IMG/VR virus record: IMGVR_UViG_3300033273_000282 | Location: 64,001-128,000 of that record | Strand: one strand, 5' to 3' | DNA length: 64,000 nucleotides | Source: a virus | Taxonomy: Duplodnaviria; Caudoviricetes | Shown: one piece after another, positions 18,186-28,500 of the stretch | Layout: each line of letters begins with the position of its first letter | Numbering within the stretch: position 1 is the stretch's first letter | Position numbers and translations under genes: made by a program | Notes under the pieces: generated by a model | What the model saw: only the letters and a program-made list of their open reading frames with translations | The model's database searches: none | What the model was told of the DNA's origin: nothing

Positions 18186-18919
18186 AGACTAAGAAGGTAT
18201 ATTATAACTATGTCCTGGCAGGGTCTGAGGAGTCTTTCCTCGACCCTAAGGAGATTGACTTCTTCGCAGAAGATTACTTTGAGCCTCCTAGTCCTGCTCT
18301 CAAAGGATATGACATGGGGTATCGCCATGCTAAATGTCCAGCATGGAAAGAGTATTATAAGAATACCTTCGCGCTTCATCAAACTTTTCCTTTAGGTATA
18401 AAATATAGATCTGCCGATAAATATCTTGAGTCTAACTTATCCCAAGACTGTTTCGACCAATACTTTATGTTGGGCGATGGTTGGCTCGACGGGGAACACC
18501 CCGAGATACAATTCAAACAAGGTTATTGTTTCTGGACAGAAGATAAGGATGTATGGATTGAACAGTTCCAACACCCTGAAATGACTAGACTCGGATTAGA
18601 CGTTGTATGTGGTACATTTCCTATTTCAGTATGGCAACGTCCGATCAACCTTGGATTCAAAATCACAAAGTATGACCAAAACATCTGGCTCCCAAAAGGA
18701 GCGCCTCTCTGCTATGTACGCTTTAGTTCAGCAAGAACTAGAGATGTCAAAATCATCCTTGAAAAACGACCAGTCCCTGAAAGAGTGGCTAAGCGACAGC
18801 TACAGGATCTCTGGCTCAAGGACTGGCACAACAACTACTCATGGGACTTAATTAAGCAGAGACTTAAAAAAGAGGAGGAGAGCAGCAAGTGCCCCTTCTC
18901 ATCACTTTGGAGAAAGTAA
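18182..18919 (+). CDS. Conserved cyanophage hypothetical protein (beta-rich)
   Basis: 245 aa; KCPAWKEYYKNTF, GTFPISVWQRPINLGF, GAPLCYVRF. Confidence 0.7.
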   Translation: MKTKKVYYNYVLAGSEESFLDPKEIDFFAEDYFEPPSPALKGYDMGYRHAKCPAWKEYYKNTFALHQTFPLGIKYRSADKYLESNLSQDCFDQYFMLGDGWLDGEHPEIQFKQGYCFWTEDKDVWIEQFQHPEMTRLGLDVVCGTFPISVWQRPINLGFKITKYDQNIWLPKGAPLCYVRFSSARTRDVKIILEKRPVPERVAKRQLQDLWLKDWHNNYSWDLIKQRLKKEEESSKCPFSSLWRK

Positions 18920-19191
18920 TGTCAGAAACCCTCTTTAAGTTACACTGGGACTATAGGAATCTTGAAGGTGTAGGCACCGTCAAGATGTTCTATCTTAACG
19001 GTATGCCATTCACCTTTGATGATGAGGACATTCCCGTCATTGACGAGGTGGCAAAGTTGCTGGCAGAACAGAAACCAATTATCACACATGAGGAAATCTA
19101 TAAGGGTTCCTCATATCTCATTGAAGAGGGTTTACACCCTCTCCTCGATGCTGTAGACTTGGATAACTGTTCAGAGTTGCCCTTGGAATGA
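18919..19191 (+). CDS. Hypothetical protein
   Basis: MSETLFKLHWDYRNL...; stop/start overlap with both neighbours. Confidence 0.6.
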   Translation: MSETLFKLHWDYRNLEGVGTVKMFYLNGMPFTFDDEDIPVIDEVAKLLAEQKPIITHEEIYKGSSYLIEEGLHPLLDAVDLDNCSELPLE

Positions 19192-19337
19192 AAGCCACAC
19201 TAACTGTTGATGACGATGGTATCCTGACATTTCCCCCTGAGATGCTCGAAGAGCTTGGGTGGAAAGAGGGTGATATGCTAGAGTGGATTGACAACAACGA
19301 TGGTTCTTTCACACTGAAGAAGCATGAAAGAGTTTGA
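19188..19337 (+). CDS. AbrB/MazE/SpoVT-like small DNA-binding protein
   Basis: MKATLTVDDDGILTFPPEMLEELGWKEGDMLEWIDNNDGSFTLKK matches the swapped-hairpin pattern. Confidence 0.65.
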   Translation: MKATLTVDDDGILTFPPEMLEELGWKEGDMLEWIDNNDGSFTLKKHERV

Positions 19338-19785
19338 TTATGACCTCGACTATAAGTCACTTGACTTTACAAATCCAGAAACTCGCAAACTTTATCGTAT
19401 TGGAAGGGGAGAGCAAGGAGTTCTACTGGTACGCCCTTATACAGACGACATTTGTACTCACTGGAGGTTTGTAGATGAGGTTACGGCTCACAAATCTGCT
19501 AATAAAATATACTCCATGTTCTGTGACTACAAGTCCAGACAAGATTTCATTGGCATGGACATGGCTAGGAAGTTCCTTGAAATGGGATTTACTCGCGCCC
19601 GACGATATGCTAATCATAGTTCGGGGAAAAAGTATGACTCCAAGGGTAATATCCGTCCCCAAGAGTCAGACTGGGCAACAAGTGAAAAGGCTAAATCCGC
19701 CAAAGTCTTTAAGCAAAAGAGAGACTTGGCAGCTAAAGATCCGATTTATTTGGAGATGAGACAAAAGTGGCGCAAAGCAGAGTGA
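19324..19785 (+). CDS. DUF4385-family protein
   Basis: YRIGRGEQGVLLVRPY..DIC.HWRF, DFIGMDMARKFLEMGFTRARRYANH.SGKKY. Confidence 0.8.
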   Translation: MKEFDYDLDYKSLDFTNPETRKLYRIGRGEQGVLLVRPYTDDICTHWRFVDEVTAHKSANKIYSMFCDYKSRQDFIGMDMARKFLEMGFTRARRYANHSSGKKYDSKGNIRPQESDWATSEKAKSAKVFKQKRDLAAKDPIYLEMRQKWRKAE

Positions 19786-20345
19786 CAGTGGTTAAGCAAC
19801 TCCCCGATGAGTTGTTTTCGGAATTGAAAGAGACATGTGCTAAGCGTCGCTTAGATGAAGAGTGGAACTTGGCTGACCGTTTGGTTGGTGCTATGCTTCA
19901 GCAGTCTAGTCTTGAGGTGTCGTCAGCACTTCAAGACTGGATTGTTGACCAAACGTCAAATCTATGGTACGATATTAAGGCAACGTGTCCATGGAACCCA
20001 AATTATTTTTTCCGAGATTATTTGAGACTCAGGGATTTGTGGGTGAACTACCAACGACCTGGAGAGTTTAACCCAGTACACTGTCACAATGGTGTTGTAA
20101 GTTTTGTCATCTTTGTAGACATTCCTTACGGTGCTAGCGAACGTCAGTATCATCGGGCAAGCGGCAACTTCCAACTGGAAGATCAGATACTCGATGTAGA
20201 TGCTAAATGGAATGGAACACTACTCATGTTCCCTTCTTACACTCAGCACGCAGTATATCCTTATCAATCCACCGATAAAGAACGCATTACTGTTGCTGGT
20301 AATATCTATTGGAATGTCGATGAAGTGGAGGATCAATGGTGGTAA
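19782..20345 (+). CDS. 2OG-Fe(II) oxygenase-like protein
   Basis: WVNYQRPGEFNPVHCH, SFVIFVDIP, LMFPSYTQHAVYP, RITVAGNI. Confidence 0.8.
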   Translation: MTVVKQLPDELFSELKETCAKRRLDEEWNLADRLVGAMLQQSSLEVSSALQDWIVDQTSNLWYDIKATCPWNPNYFFRDYLRLRDLWVNYQRPGEFNPVHCHNGVVSFVIFVDIPYGASERQYHRASGNFQLEDQILDVDAKWNGTLLMFPSYTQHAVYPYQSTDKERITVAGNIYWNVDEVEDQWW

Positions 20346-20360
20346 TAAATACTGAGGTGC

Positions 20361-20432
20361 GCCAGTTTAGCTCAGTGGTAGAGCAGCTGTCTTGTAAACA
20401 GCAGGTCACTGGTTCAAGTCCTGTAACTGGCT
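20361..20432 (+). tRNA. trnT: tRNA-Thr(UGU)
   Basis: Acceptor GCCAGTT/AACTGGC, D arm GCTC/GAGC, anticodon arm GCTGT-CTTGTAA-ACAGC, TTCAAGT T loop; CCA not encoded; ATAAATA at 20345-51. Confidence 0.95.
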
Positions 20433-20446
20433 CTGATATTTCTCCT

Positions 20447-20617
20447 ATGAATGTCAATCTCTGGTACTGTGAGTCTATGAAGCAATGGCGTTGGTCATTG
20501 ACTGATGAAAAAGACTGTATGCGCCAAGAGACTGGACAACGACCATTTCTTAGAGATGCTATGAATGATGTTGCTAACACTGTTGAGTATCTACTAAAAA
20601 CTAAGCAGGAAGAGTGA
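20447..20617 (+). CDS. Small conserved cyanophage hypothetical protein
   Basis: MNVNLWYCESMKQWRWSLTD...GQRPFLRDAMNDVANTVEYL. Confidence 0.65.
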   Translation: MNVNLWYCESMKQWRWSLTDEKDCMRQETGQRPFLRDAMNDVANTVEYLLKTKQEE

Positions 20618-20696
20618 TAGACGAAAATACCCCAGAAAAACTAAGAGTGATTATTATGGACACATGGCCAAATCTGTTTAGACCACCTAAACTTCC

Positions 20697-21038
20697 ATGG
20701 GATACTACGACACCATCTTCTCCTCATACGATCTCGGACCAGGATTCTGGAACCGAACACTCAAAACCGACAACTTAGATAACATATTCAGTGAGTATTG
20801 GATCGATCCTAAAGGAAGACTCTGGAGCATCGATTATACTGGCACATATGATTTTGAGGACAATGGCAACTTTAAGGTTGTCAAGTCTACAAACAACGGT
20901 AGGGTCTTACCATTCAATCTCACCAAACAAATTGAGGTTTATCCTGCTGTGTGGGCGTCTTGGTACTCTCCAACGCCCAGAGCCATAGTTAATTTTGAGT
21001 ATGGTATTGTCACAAACTGTTTCTATGCGGGTAACTAA
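20697..21038 (+). CDS. Conserved cyanophage hypothetical protein
   Basis: MGYYDTIFSSYDLG..YWIDPKGRLW.IDY.GT.DF. Confidence 0.7.
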   Translation: MGYYDTIFSSYDLGPGFWNRTLKTDNLDNIFSEYWIDPKGRLWSIDYTGTYDFEDNGNFKVVKSTNNGRVLPFNLTKQIEVYPAVWASWYSPTPRAIVNFEYGIVTNCFYAGN

Positions 21039-21060
21039 ATAAATCGTGTGAAGGAAGTGC

Positions 21061-21092
21061 GAAAGGGGGTCTTGACGACCCCCTTTCTTTTT
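21061..21092 (+). terminator. Intrinsic terminator
   Basis: GAAAGGGGGTC-TTGAC-GACCCCCTTTC-TTTTT (11-bp stem). Confidence 0.8.
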
Positions 21093-21100
21093 GCTATGAT
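21072..21100 (+). promoter_or_regulatory. Sigma70-type promoter embedded in the terminator
   Basis: TTGACG(21072-77)-17-TATGAT(21095-100). Confidence 0.7.
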
Positions 21101-21122
21101 GGGTTGGTAAGCGATAAATGAC

Positions 21123-21392
21123 ATGACTATCGAAGAACGCCCTGCTTTCGCAAGTATCAATAAAACTTATGCGGCTCAGCGTAGAGATCGCATGAGTGAC
21201 TGTATCGGTGATTATTTGAACGATGAGGAAGTGGATCCCAGGCAGTGTTATGAGGAGATGCTGGCAGATATTCAGTCTTGGATTGATTATCATGAAAATA
21301 ACCTGAGGCGAGCAACGACTCTCAAATCCCTGATGATGGGTAATCGTGAGATTGATCTCGATACATACAAAGAGATTCCTGAGCGATTCTAA
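21123..21392 (+). CDS. Conserved cyanophage hypothetical protein
   Basis: 89 aa; RRDRMSDCIGDYL.DE. Confidence 0.65.
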   Translation: MTIEERPAFASINKTYAAQRRDRMSDCIGDYLNDEEVDPRQCYEEMLADIQSWIDYHENNLRRATTLKSLMMGNREIDLDTYKEIPERF

Positions 21393-21571
21393 TGGGTAAG
21401 TACGAAGATCTGGACCAGTATGAGCTAGCCATCGTTCACTTTGGAAACCGAGTAGAAGTTATCTGTGCCATGGAAATGGCAGGCAAGTTGGAATTTAATT
21501 CTGCGTTTGACTTAATTAAGGCAGAATATAAAGAACTGAAGAAAATCAGAAAAAAGTATGAATCTGATTAA
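21392..21571 (+). CDS. Small hypothetical protein
   Basis: MGKYEDLDQYELAIVHFGNRVEVICAMEMAGKL...AFDLIKAEYKELKKIRKK; TAATG overlap with the previous gene. Confidence 0.6.
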   Translation: MGKYEDLDQYELAIVHFGNRVEVICAMEMAGKLEFNSAFDLIKAEYKELKKIRKKYESD

Positions 21572-22136
21572 CTTATTCCCCACACCAATAATCCATACTG
21601 AAATTGCTCCCAGGGAAAAGTTGCTCTGGTTTGCCCGCGAGTATTCCAAGGAAGGTGCCCACGATCCTAACTCTAGCAGCGCAGGATGGCACTCACAATA
21701 TGATCTCCATCTTAAGCCAGAGTTTGGTGTATTTTGGGATGATATTTGGTATGAGATTACACACGCTGCCTATCATTTGGTAAGCGATGAGCATGAGATT
21801 GTTCCTGCTTCAATGTGGTTGAATAAGAATGATCCTGGGGATTATAATGTATCCCACAAGCATTATAAAGTAGATCTATCTGGTGTATTGTGGCTTCAAA
21901 CACCACCAAAGTCAGGTAGAATTGTTTTTGAAAATCATAACGACATTACTCGTTACAACCTAATTGATAAATCTGATAGGGATTATCAAAACGCAGCATC
22001 ATTTCACCATACCGTATGGTTTGAACCAGTAGAGTGGAACATGATAATTTTTCCTGCTGATCTGCGTCACAGTGTTGAGCGTAACATGTCAAATGAATCT
22101 AGACTATCTCTTGGATTTAACCTGAACGTTATATGA
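21558..22136 (+). CDS. 2OG-Fe(II) oxygenase (TIGR02466-like)
   Basis: LFPTPI, MWLNKNDPGDYNVSHKH, LSGVLWLQTP..SGRIVF, IIFPADLRHSV..N.S...RLSLGFN. Confidence 0.85.
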   Translation: MNLINLFPTPIIHTEIAPREKLLWFAREYSKEGAHDPNSSSAGWHSQYDLHLKPEFGVFWDDIWYEITHAAYHLVSDEHEIVPASMWLNKNDPGDYNVSHKHYKVDLSGVLWLQTPPKSGRIVFENHNDITRYNLIDKSDRDYQNAASFHHTVWFEPVEWNMIIFPADLRHSVERNMSNESRLSLGFNLNVI

Positions 22137-22327
22137 AGCCAGATATTCAACAATACTTCTCCTATCAATATGACCCCTGTGGTCATTTACATGTTAGAAT
22201 ACATAAAGACTTTATTGATGAACTTGGTTGGTCAAATAAAGACTTAGAGTTATCCTTCGGTGGTATTCGTAAGATGAACGACTGGGGGAGTGATGCTACC
22301 CTAACCTTACACAAGAAAAATGCTTGA
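22133..22327 (+). CDS. Small AbrB-like/hypothetical protein
   Basis: VRIHKDFIDELGWSNKDLEL. Confidence 0.45.
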   Translation: MKPDIQQYFSYQYDPCGHLHVRIHKDFIDELGWSNKDLELSFGGIRKMNDWGSDATLTLHKKNA

Positions 22328-22754
22328 CGAGTTTATAGAGTGGTTTGAAGGTAACTACAACAACTGGAAGCAAGCGTCCAGTTGGCCGAGTCACTATGCT
22401 CACATTTTACTCAAACATGAACGAATTGATGATAATACGTTCTATTGTGAGCAAAAGTTCAAACACGACGGGCAAATCTACCGTAAGAAAGAGATCAAAC
22501 TAGAGTGGGTGGGTGATGAGATCATTGCCTGCAACCCAGTTTGTGACATTCATTTTCACAGAGTTCCTTCACCTGAAGGATGGGCATATGTTGGTAGAAA
22601 TATCAAGAGTCCATTTGTGAATGGTGGGTATCTTCGCAGTGAAGCCATCCTCCAATACAACAAATATATTGTTATTGACAGGGGTTACGATGAGAAGGGA
22701 AAGCAGGTATGGGGAAGTGAATATGGTCCATTCGTCTTTGATAAAAAGGTATAA
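22320..22754 (+). CDS. cpeT: CpeT/CpcT-like phycobilin lyase
   Basis: F.GNYNNWKQA.S.P..YAHI.L.H, Y.V.DRGYD..GKQVWGS..GPF.FDK. Confidence 0.88.
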   Translation: MLDEFIEWFEGNYNNWKQASSWPSHYAHILLKHERIDDNTFYCEQKFKHDGQIYRKKEIKLEWVGDEIIACNPVCDIHFHRVPSPEGWAYVGRNIKSPFVNGGYLRSEAILQYNKYIVIDRGYDEKGKQVWGSEYGPFVFDKKV

Positions 22755-22757
22755 ATA
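22750..22757 (+). promoter_or_regulatory. T4-type late promoter TATAAATA
   Basis: Perfect consensus upstream of the fibre operon. Confidence 0.85.
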
Positions 22758-22785
22758 ACACAGAAGATCTTCATGTAGGGACAGC

Positions 22786-24546
22786 GTGGCAACTCGCAAA
22801 ATATCAGACCTAACCCTACTGACTGATGTTTCAAGCTCAGATACTCTGCTGCTGCTTGATAATTCAGATCCAGTAGATACTAATAAAAAGTCATTAGTTG
22901 GCTCAATCTTCAAAGCTGTACCTGGAGGCACTCAAAACGCCCCTGGTCTTTCCATTGAGCTGAAGACTGCTACTGGTGTCTATTCCGAAACCCAAGGATC
23001 CATTGGATTCTCTATGGGTGATGCGAAACTTCAACTTGAAAAGCAATCCACCTCACTGATTATCTCTGCTAGAGATAGTGCGGATGCTAACCTGGACCTT
23101 TCTTTCCAGGCTCTTGGTACTGGTACTATTAGATTCAACTCACCTATCGCCATTGACGATAGTGTGTTCCAGTTGCCTAATAGTTCTGACCAAACAAAAG
23201 TTGTTAAGTTCTCTGCTGCTCAGATTCCTACTGGAGTAACTAGAACCTTTGTTCTTCCTGATCCTGGTGCTACTGACACTATTGTCACACTCACCACGAC
23301 TCAGACACTTACCAACAAAACCCTGACTTCGCCTATTATTACAGGCAGTCTTCAGGGTGAGAGCCTAACCCTCACTGGTAATCTTCAGGTAGATAACAAC
23401 ACAACCCTTGGTTCTTCTCCTGTTGATACTCTGGCTGTTACTGCTACATCTACATTTAACAGTAACACAACTTTCAACCAAGTGATGACTGTGAACGCAG
23501 TCTCCACTCACGCTGAGAATATCAGATTCAACGTCAATAGTGATACACAATTATATAAATCTCTTGAGTGGTTTGACGCAGCACAAGCAACTAACGCAGG
23601 TAAAGTAGTTCTTGATGCTCAGGTACAGTCTAGTGAAGCAACTCGCTACGCTGACTTTACCTACTATGATAGAGACACAGACTATACTTCCACAGATACA
23701 TCTTACGGACTGAGAATTGCCAGCATTGGCTATACTCTCCCCCAGGCAACTGTCGTACTTAATGGTGACGCAGTTGATAGTTTTGTTATTAACGATCCTG
23801 GATCTGGTCTGTTGGGAACAGTAACCGCTACTATTTCAGGTGATGGAACTAACGCCCAGGTTACACCAGTTATTATCAACGGTCAACTCAGCAGCATCAC
23901 AGTTGATGCTGGCGGCGCTAACTACACTACTGCTACTATTAGTTTCAGTGCTAGCGGTGGTGCTCTTGAGTATCGTACTTATGACTACACTGGTACCGCA
24001 GAATCTAAGCATACTCTTATTCACACTGGTAACCTAGAACTGATCAGTCAGATTGGCTCTATTACTAATCTGGTTACTACTGGTGATGTCAACTTTGACG
24101 GGGGTACATTCCGACTCGATTCTGCTAACAATCGTATTGGTATTAACCGTGCTCCTGCTGCTTACGACCTTGAAGTTGCTGGAGATATATACTTTGAGGG
24201 TACAAGCCTCATTGGTGGTGACAACACAAGTTTCGTCATTAAGAAGAGACTTCAGTCGATTCCTCTCACCTTCGCTGACTATTCTGGCGCAACCGAGATG
24301 ATCATCGATACCAGCGGAGACGTTGGTATTGGTAAGCTTCCAACTGCTAAACTCGACGTTGCTGGTAGTGCTGCGATTCAAGGTGATCTGTCAGTTAATG
24401 AAACTGATCCAGTTAATAAACTTGGTGGCGGTATTACCGCTAAGAGAATTAACCTGATTGACCTCAACAATCAGACTCAAACTATTACATCGGAACAGAT
24501 TGCTGCTTCTAGCAGACTCAAGACCTACTTCCACGCATATTCTTAA
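22786..24546 (+). CDS. Virion structural / tail-fibre-like protein
   Basis: GTG start MATRKISDLT.L; GT..APGL; RIGIN, VGIG..PTAKLDV.G fibre-type repeats. Confidence 0.7.
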   Translation: MATRKISDLTLLTDVSSSDTLLLLDNSDPVDTNKKSLVGSIFKAVPGGTQNAPGLSIELKTATGVYSETQGSIGFSMGDAKLQLEKQSTSLIISARDSADANLDLSFQALGTGTIRFNSPIAIDDSVFQLPNSSDQTKVVKFSAAQIPTGVTRTFVLPDPGATDTIVTLTTTQTLTNKTLTSPIITGSLQGESLTLTGNLQVDNNTTLGSSPVDTLAVTATSTFNSNTTFNQVMTVNAVSTHAENIRFNVNSDTQLYKSLEWFDAAQATNAGKVVLDAQVQSSEATRYADFTYYDRDTDYTSTDTSYGLRIASIGYTLPQATVVLNGDAVDSFVINDPGSGLLGTVTATISGDGTNAQVTPVIINGQLSSITVDAGGANYTTATISFSASGGALEYRTYDYTGTAESKHTLIHTGNLELISQIGSITNLVTTGDVNFDGGTFRLDSANNRIGINRAPAAYDLEVAGDIYFEGTSLIGGDNTSFVIKKRLQSIPLTFADYSGATEMIIDTSGDVGIGKLPTAKLDVAGSAAIQGDLSVNETDPVNKLGGGITAKRINLIDLNNQTQTITSEQIAASSRLKTYFHAYS

Positions 24547-24552
24547 TTACTC

Positions 24553-25560
24553 ATGGCAAACGGAGTTCTCGCTAGTTTCCACTCAGCGACATCAAAATAC
24601 GCAAACCAATTTCTAGATAGGGCGGTAAGTCCTAATGGATTGGTTCGTGCGGATTTCCCTATGTACACCTGCCCTGGTGCTAGAATTGCTAGTGGCTCGT
24701 TGAGAATCATGAACACCACTGGTGCTAGTCTAACCGTAGATGTGGGTATTCAGGATTACAGTGATGCGATTCAGTTTGCTGCTCCTGCTTCGCAGGTCCC
24801 TGTAGTTAGTAACTTTGAAGCGTTTAGTTTCCCTGTCGGTACATACACCACCAGTTCCTACATTGTCATCAACGCACATAACGGAACTGCTTTCCAAGAT
24901 GGTGAGACAGTAACGATTACTGAACCTTCCTCTACTCTCACTGGTACACAAACTGCTGTAGTTTGTAAGTGGGATCAATCCAACCTTAAGATTTGGCTCA
25001 AGGACTTCGTTGGTAACTGGCCAACAACAGTTCTTGCTAACATGACCGTAACTGGTGATAACTCTGGTGCTACTGGTACTATTACTGATAGTGCTGTAGG
25101 TACATGGGGTCGTGTTATTTACTATGATTTCAACACTGGTACTCTGCTGCTCCAGAATAGCACCCTGAAGAATAATATCTTCAACACTGCTGCTACATAC
25201 GGTGATCAAAACACCATGTATGTGTCTGCTATTGGTGGTGCTGGTCAGCTCAGTGTACAATCTCGTGCTATTGAATGGCTCCCATCTTTGTCAACGGTAA
25301 CCCTCTACAATTCTGCCAACCTTAACGGTACGGCAGTAACTGCTGAGTGGGTATCTGAAAACCTTGCTGAAGTTGTTGTAGCATCAGTAAGTTACTCCGA
25401 GTCTGCTAATCAGATTCTAAAATCATACACCGTTCCTAACGGTTCTGAAGTGAGTTTGACTGGTCTGGTACTTGAACAGTATCAGAATCTCTACGTCAAT
25501 GCGTCTTCTGGCGCAGTGTTTAATTTCATTGGCTTTGAAGAAGCAACCTCTATTTACTAA
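24553..25560 (+). CDS. Virion structural protein
   Basis: 335 aa, Thr/Gly-rich and beta-rich; within the late fibre operon. Confidence 0.55.
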   Translation: MANGVLASFHSATSKYANQFLDRAVSPNGLVRADFPMYTCPGARIASGSLRIMNTTGASLTVDVGIQDYSDAIQFAAPASQVPVVSNFEAFSFPVGTYTTSSYIVINAHNGTAFQDGETVTITEPSSTLTGTQTAVVCKWDQSNLKIWLKDFVGNWPTTVLANMTVTGDNSGATGTITDSAVGTWGRVIYYDFNTGTLLLQNSTLKNNIFNTAATYGDQNTMYVSAIGGAGQLSVQSRAIEWLPSLSTVTLYNSANLNGTAVTAEWVSENLAEVVVASVSYSESANQILKSYTVPNGSEVSLTGLVLEQYQNLYVNASSGAVFNFIGFEEATSIY

Positions 25561-25570
25561 TATAATCTAG

Positions 25571-28500
25571 ATGGCACTTACTAGACTCAAGAACGTTTTC
25601 ACATCGAAGACGGGACGTTGTTTGTATGTCAACCCAGACGACTTCGACGCATCGGATTCGTTTGAGAATAGGGGTAACTCGCCCAATCGTCCGTTCAAAA
25701 CGATTCAGAGGGCGCTGCTTGAGTCAGCCAGATTCTCCTACAGAACTGGTCAGTTTAACGATGCGTTTGAAGCATTTACCATCGTACTGTATCCTTCTGA
25801 GTATGTAATCGATAACCGTCCTGGTCAGAATACTGCTGGACAGGCTTTCATCGATGATGATATTCCTATCCTGAACAGTAGTTCTAACCTGGAACTACAG
25901 AACTCTGACGGTACACCTAACCCTAATAACCTGCTGTATAGGTTTAACTCTACTGAGGGTGGTGTTATCGTACCCAGAGGTACATCTCTGGTTGGTATGG
26001 ATCTTAGAAAGACTAAGATTCGTCCTTTGTATGTTCCCGATCCTGCCTCTGGTAGTATCGAACGTGCTGCTATCTTCCGTGTAACTGGTGGTTGCTACTT
26101 CTGGCAGTTCTCCTTCTTTGATGGTCCTCCTGCTGGTGTCTATAAAGACCCTGCTCAGCCATCTGCTAGTTCCCCACCATCATTCTCCCACCACAAACTC
26201 ACTTGCTTTGAGTATGCTGATGGTAGAAATGTTCAGAGTTCCAAAAACGATACCACTGGTAACCCTCTGACAATTACTGACCTTGACCTGTATTATCAGA
26301 AGGTCGCTAAGGCTTTTGATGATATTCCTGACACCACTGGTGTTATCTCTGCTGACGAGTTCCAGAAGAGAGTTGAAGAAAACAGAATTGTTGGTCCTAA
26401 CACCTCAGGTCCGATCACAATTTCCAGTATTGTTACTGACTTTGTGAACCAGGGTGTTTATACCACAACCGCTGAGGTTACAACTACAACTCCTCACGGA
26501 TTCTCAAATGGTACGCCTGTACAAATCGAAGGTGTATCTGGTGCTGTCGCTGATAGATTCAATGGATCTTACTTTATTACAGAAGTTCCCACAACAACGA
26601 CATTTAGATATGTCATTAAGGATCCAAATGCTGCGGCTCCTGCTAATAACCCTGTTGCCACTGGATCTACTGTTAAAGTTGAAATCGATAACGTAGATTC
26701 TGCTTCTCCATACATCTTCAACATCTCGTTGAGATCTACATGGGGTACCTGTGGTATGCATGCTGACGGTGCTAAATCGACTGGTTTCAAGTCGATGGTT
26801 GTGGCACAGTTCACGGGTGTTTCTCTCCAGAAGGACGACAACGCATTTATTAAGTGGGATGGATCAGCATATATTGCTGGTAATCACACAGATGGTGACT
26901 CTATCTATAAGCCAACCTATAGAAATTTCCACGTTAAATGTTCTAATGACGCCGTTATTCAGGCGGTGTCTGTGTTCGCTGTGGGTTTTGCGGATCACTT
27001 CGTTGCTCTCAACGGTGGTGACCAATCTATCACCAACTCGAACTCTAACTTCGGTTCTTGTGCTCTGAGAGCAAAAGGATTTAAGACTCTGCCATTTACT
27101 CAGGATAAAGCAGGTACAGTCACCCACATTATCCCACCGAAGAAACTCTCAAGATCATATGATCTGATCAACAACTATACCTGGACACTCACCCAGAACA
27201 ACAGAACTGTAACTCCAACCCCACTGAATAATAATCATGGGTTGGAAGTTAATCAGTATATTCGTGTAGGTGCTATTGATGCTACCGAATCTTATCAGAT
27301 TGAGACAGTCAACACTGATGGCTCACTGATACTGAATCGTGGTTATCGTGGTACTAGTGGTAGTGGTCAGAGTGTATATGCTGGTAGTATTGATGAGATC
27401 GCTGTTGGTTACATTGCTCTTGATGTACAGAAGATCAAGAATAATTCTTCCCAACAAAACCAGACTTGGACATCTTCTACTAACTTTGCTGCTGGTAGTT
27501 CCTGTATCTACAACGGCAACTCATACTATACTGCTGCTGGTGGTACAACTGGTGCTATTCCTCCCACATGGACAACAACACCATTCGCAAGATCTGATGG
27601 TGGTGTAACATGGTCCTACATTGGTGCGGTCAATACTAGACTGTACATTTATGGATATAATAGTGAAGCAACCAAGCCACCATATAAACTTCAGGGTTTC
27701 AACCTTGGTGCTAGAATCAATGAAGTTCTATATGTTTCGCTGATTGATTCCAGCGGTGGTAGTTCTGTTCCAAAAACATATAGTGCTGCTCTGACTCCAA
27801 CTGGTAGCGCTACAGTCGCTGATGATGACTTCACCAGCATTACTACACAGGCTTTTGTACCTGGAGATCCAGAACATCCCCTTCAGTTTGACACTGAACT
27901 GAGTACATGGTATATTAGAGTTACTGCTGCTACTTCTAGCAACAGTACAACTGGTATCCACTATCATCTTGGTCAGGACACTTTCTATACCAACTCTTTG
28001 TTCACTGGTGCTTCGTTCCTGAAGCGTATTGCTGACAACAGATCTTCTAGAGACAGAACATATCGTCTGCGTTATGTTGTTGACTCTTCGGTTCTTTCCA
28101 GAGATCCTATCAATGGTTACATTCTCCAACAGAGAAACGTACCATCTGGTCAAGGATACACTGGTGTGTACTACATCTATGACATTCAGAAGGTACAAGA
28201 ACTCAAGGCTGGTGCTCAGAATGGTATCTACTATCTGACTGTATTGGATGGTAGAATTACACCAACTGACCTCAACCTGACTGGATTCTCGTTCTCTCAG
28301 AACGTCAACAATCTCTATCCTACCTTAGATAAGGATAACCCAACTGAAGATCCAGCCGCTGCGGTATCATCTGCTTCTAATGTTGTTATTGGTCTTGTTA
28401 CTACCACTGATGGTGGTGGTAACGCTGACGATTCTAGATCCATCACCAAAGAGGTAATGGGTCGTTGGATTCTTGAGAGCAAGAACAACTATACTAACTT

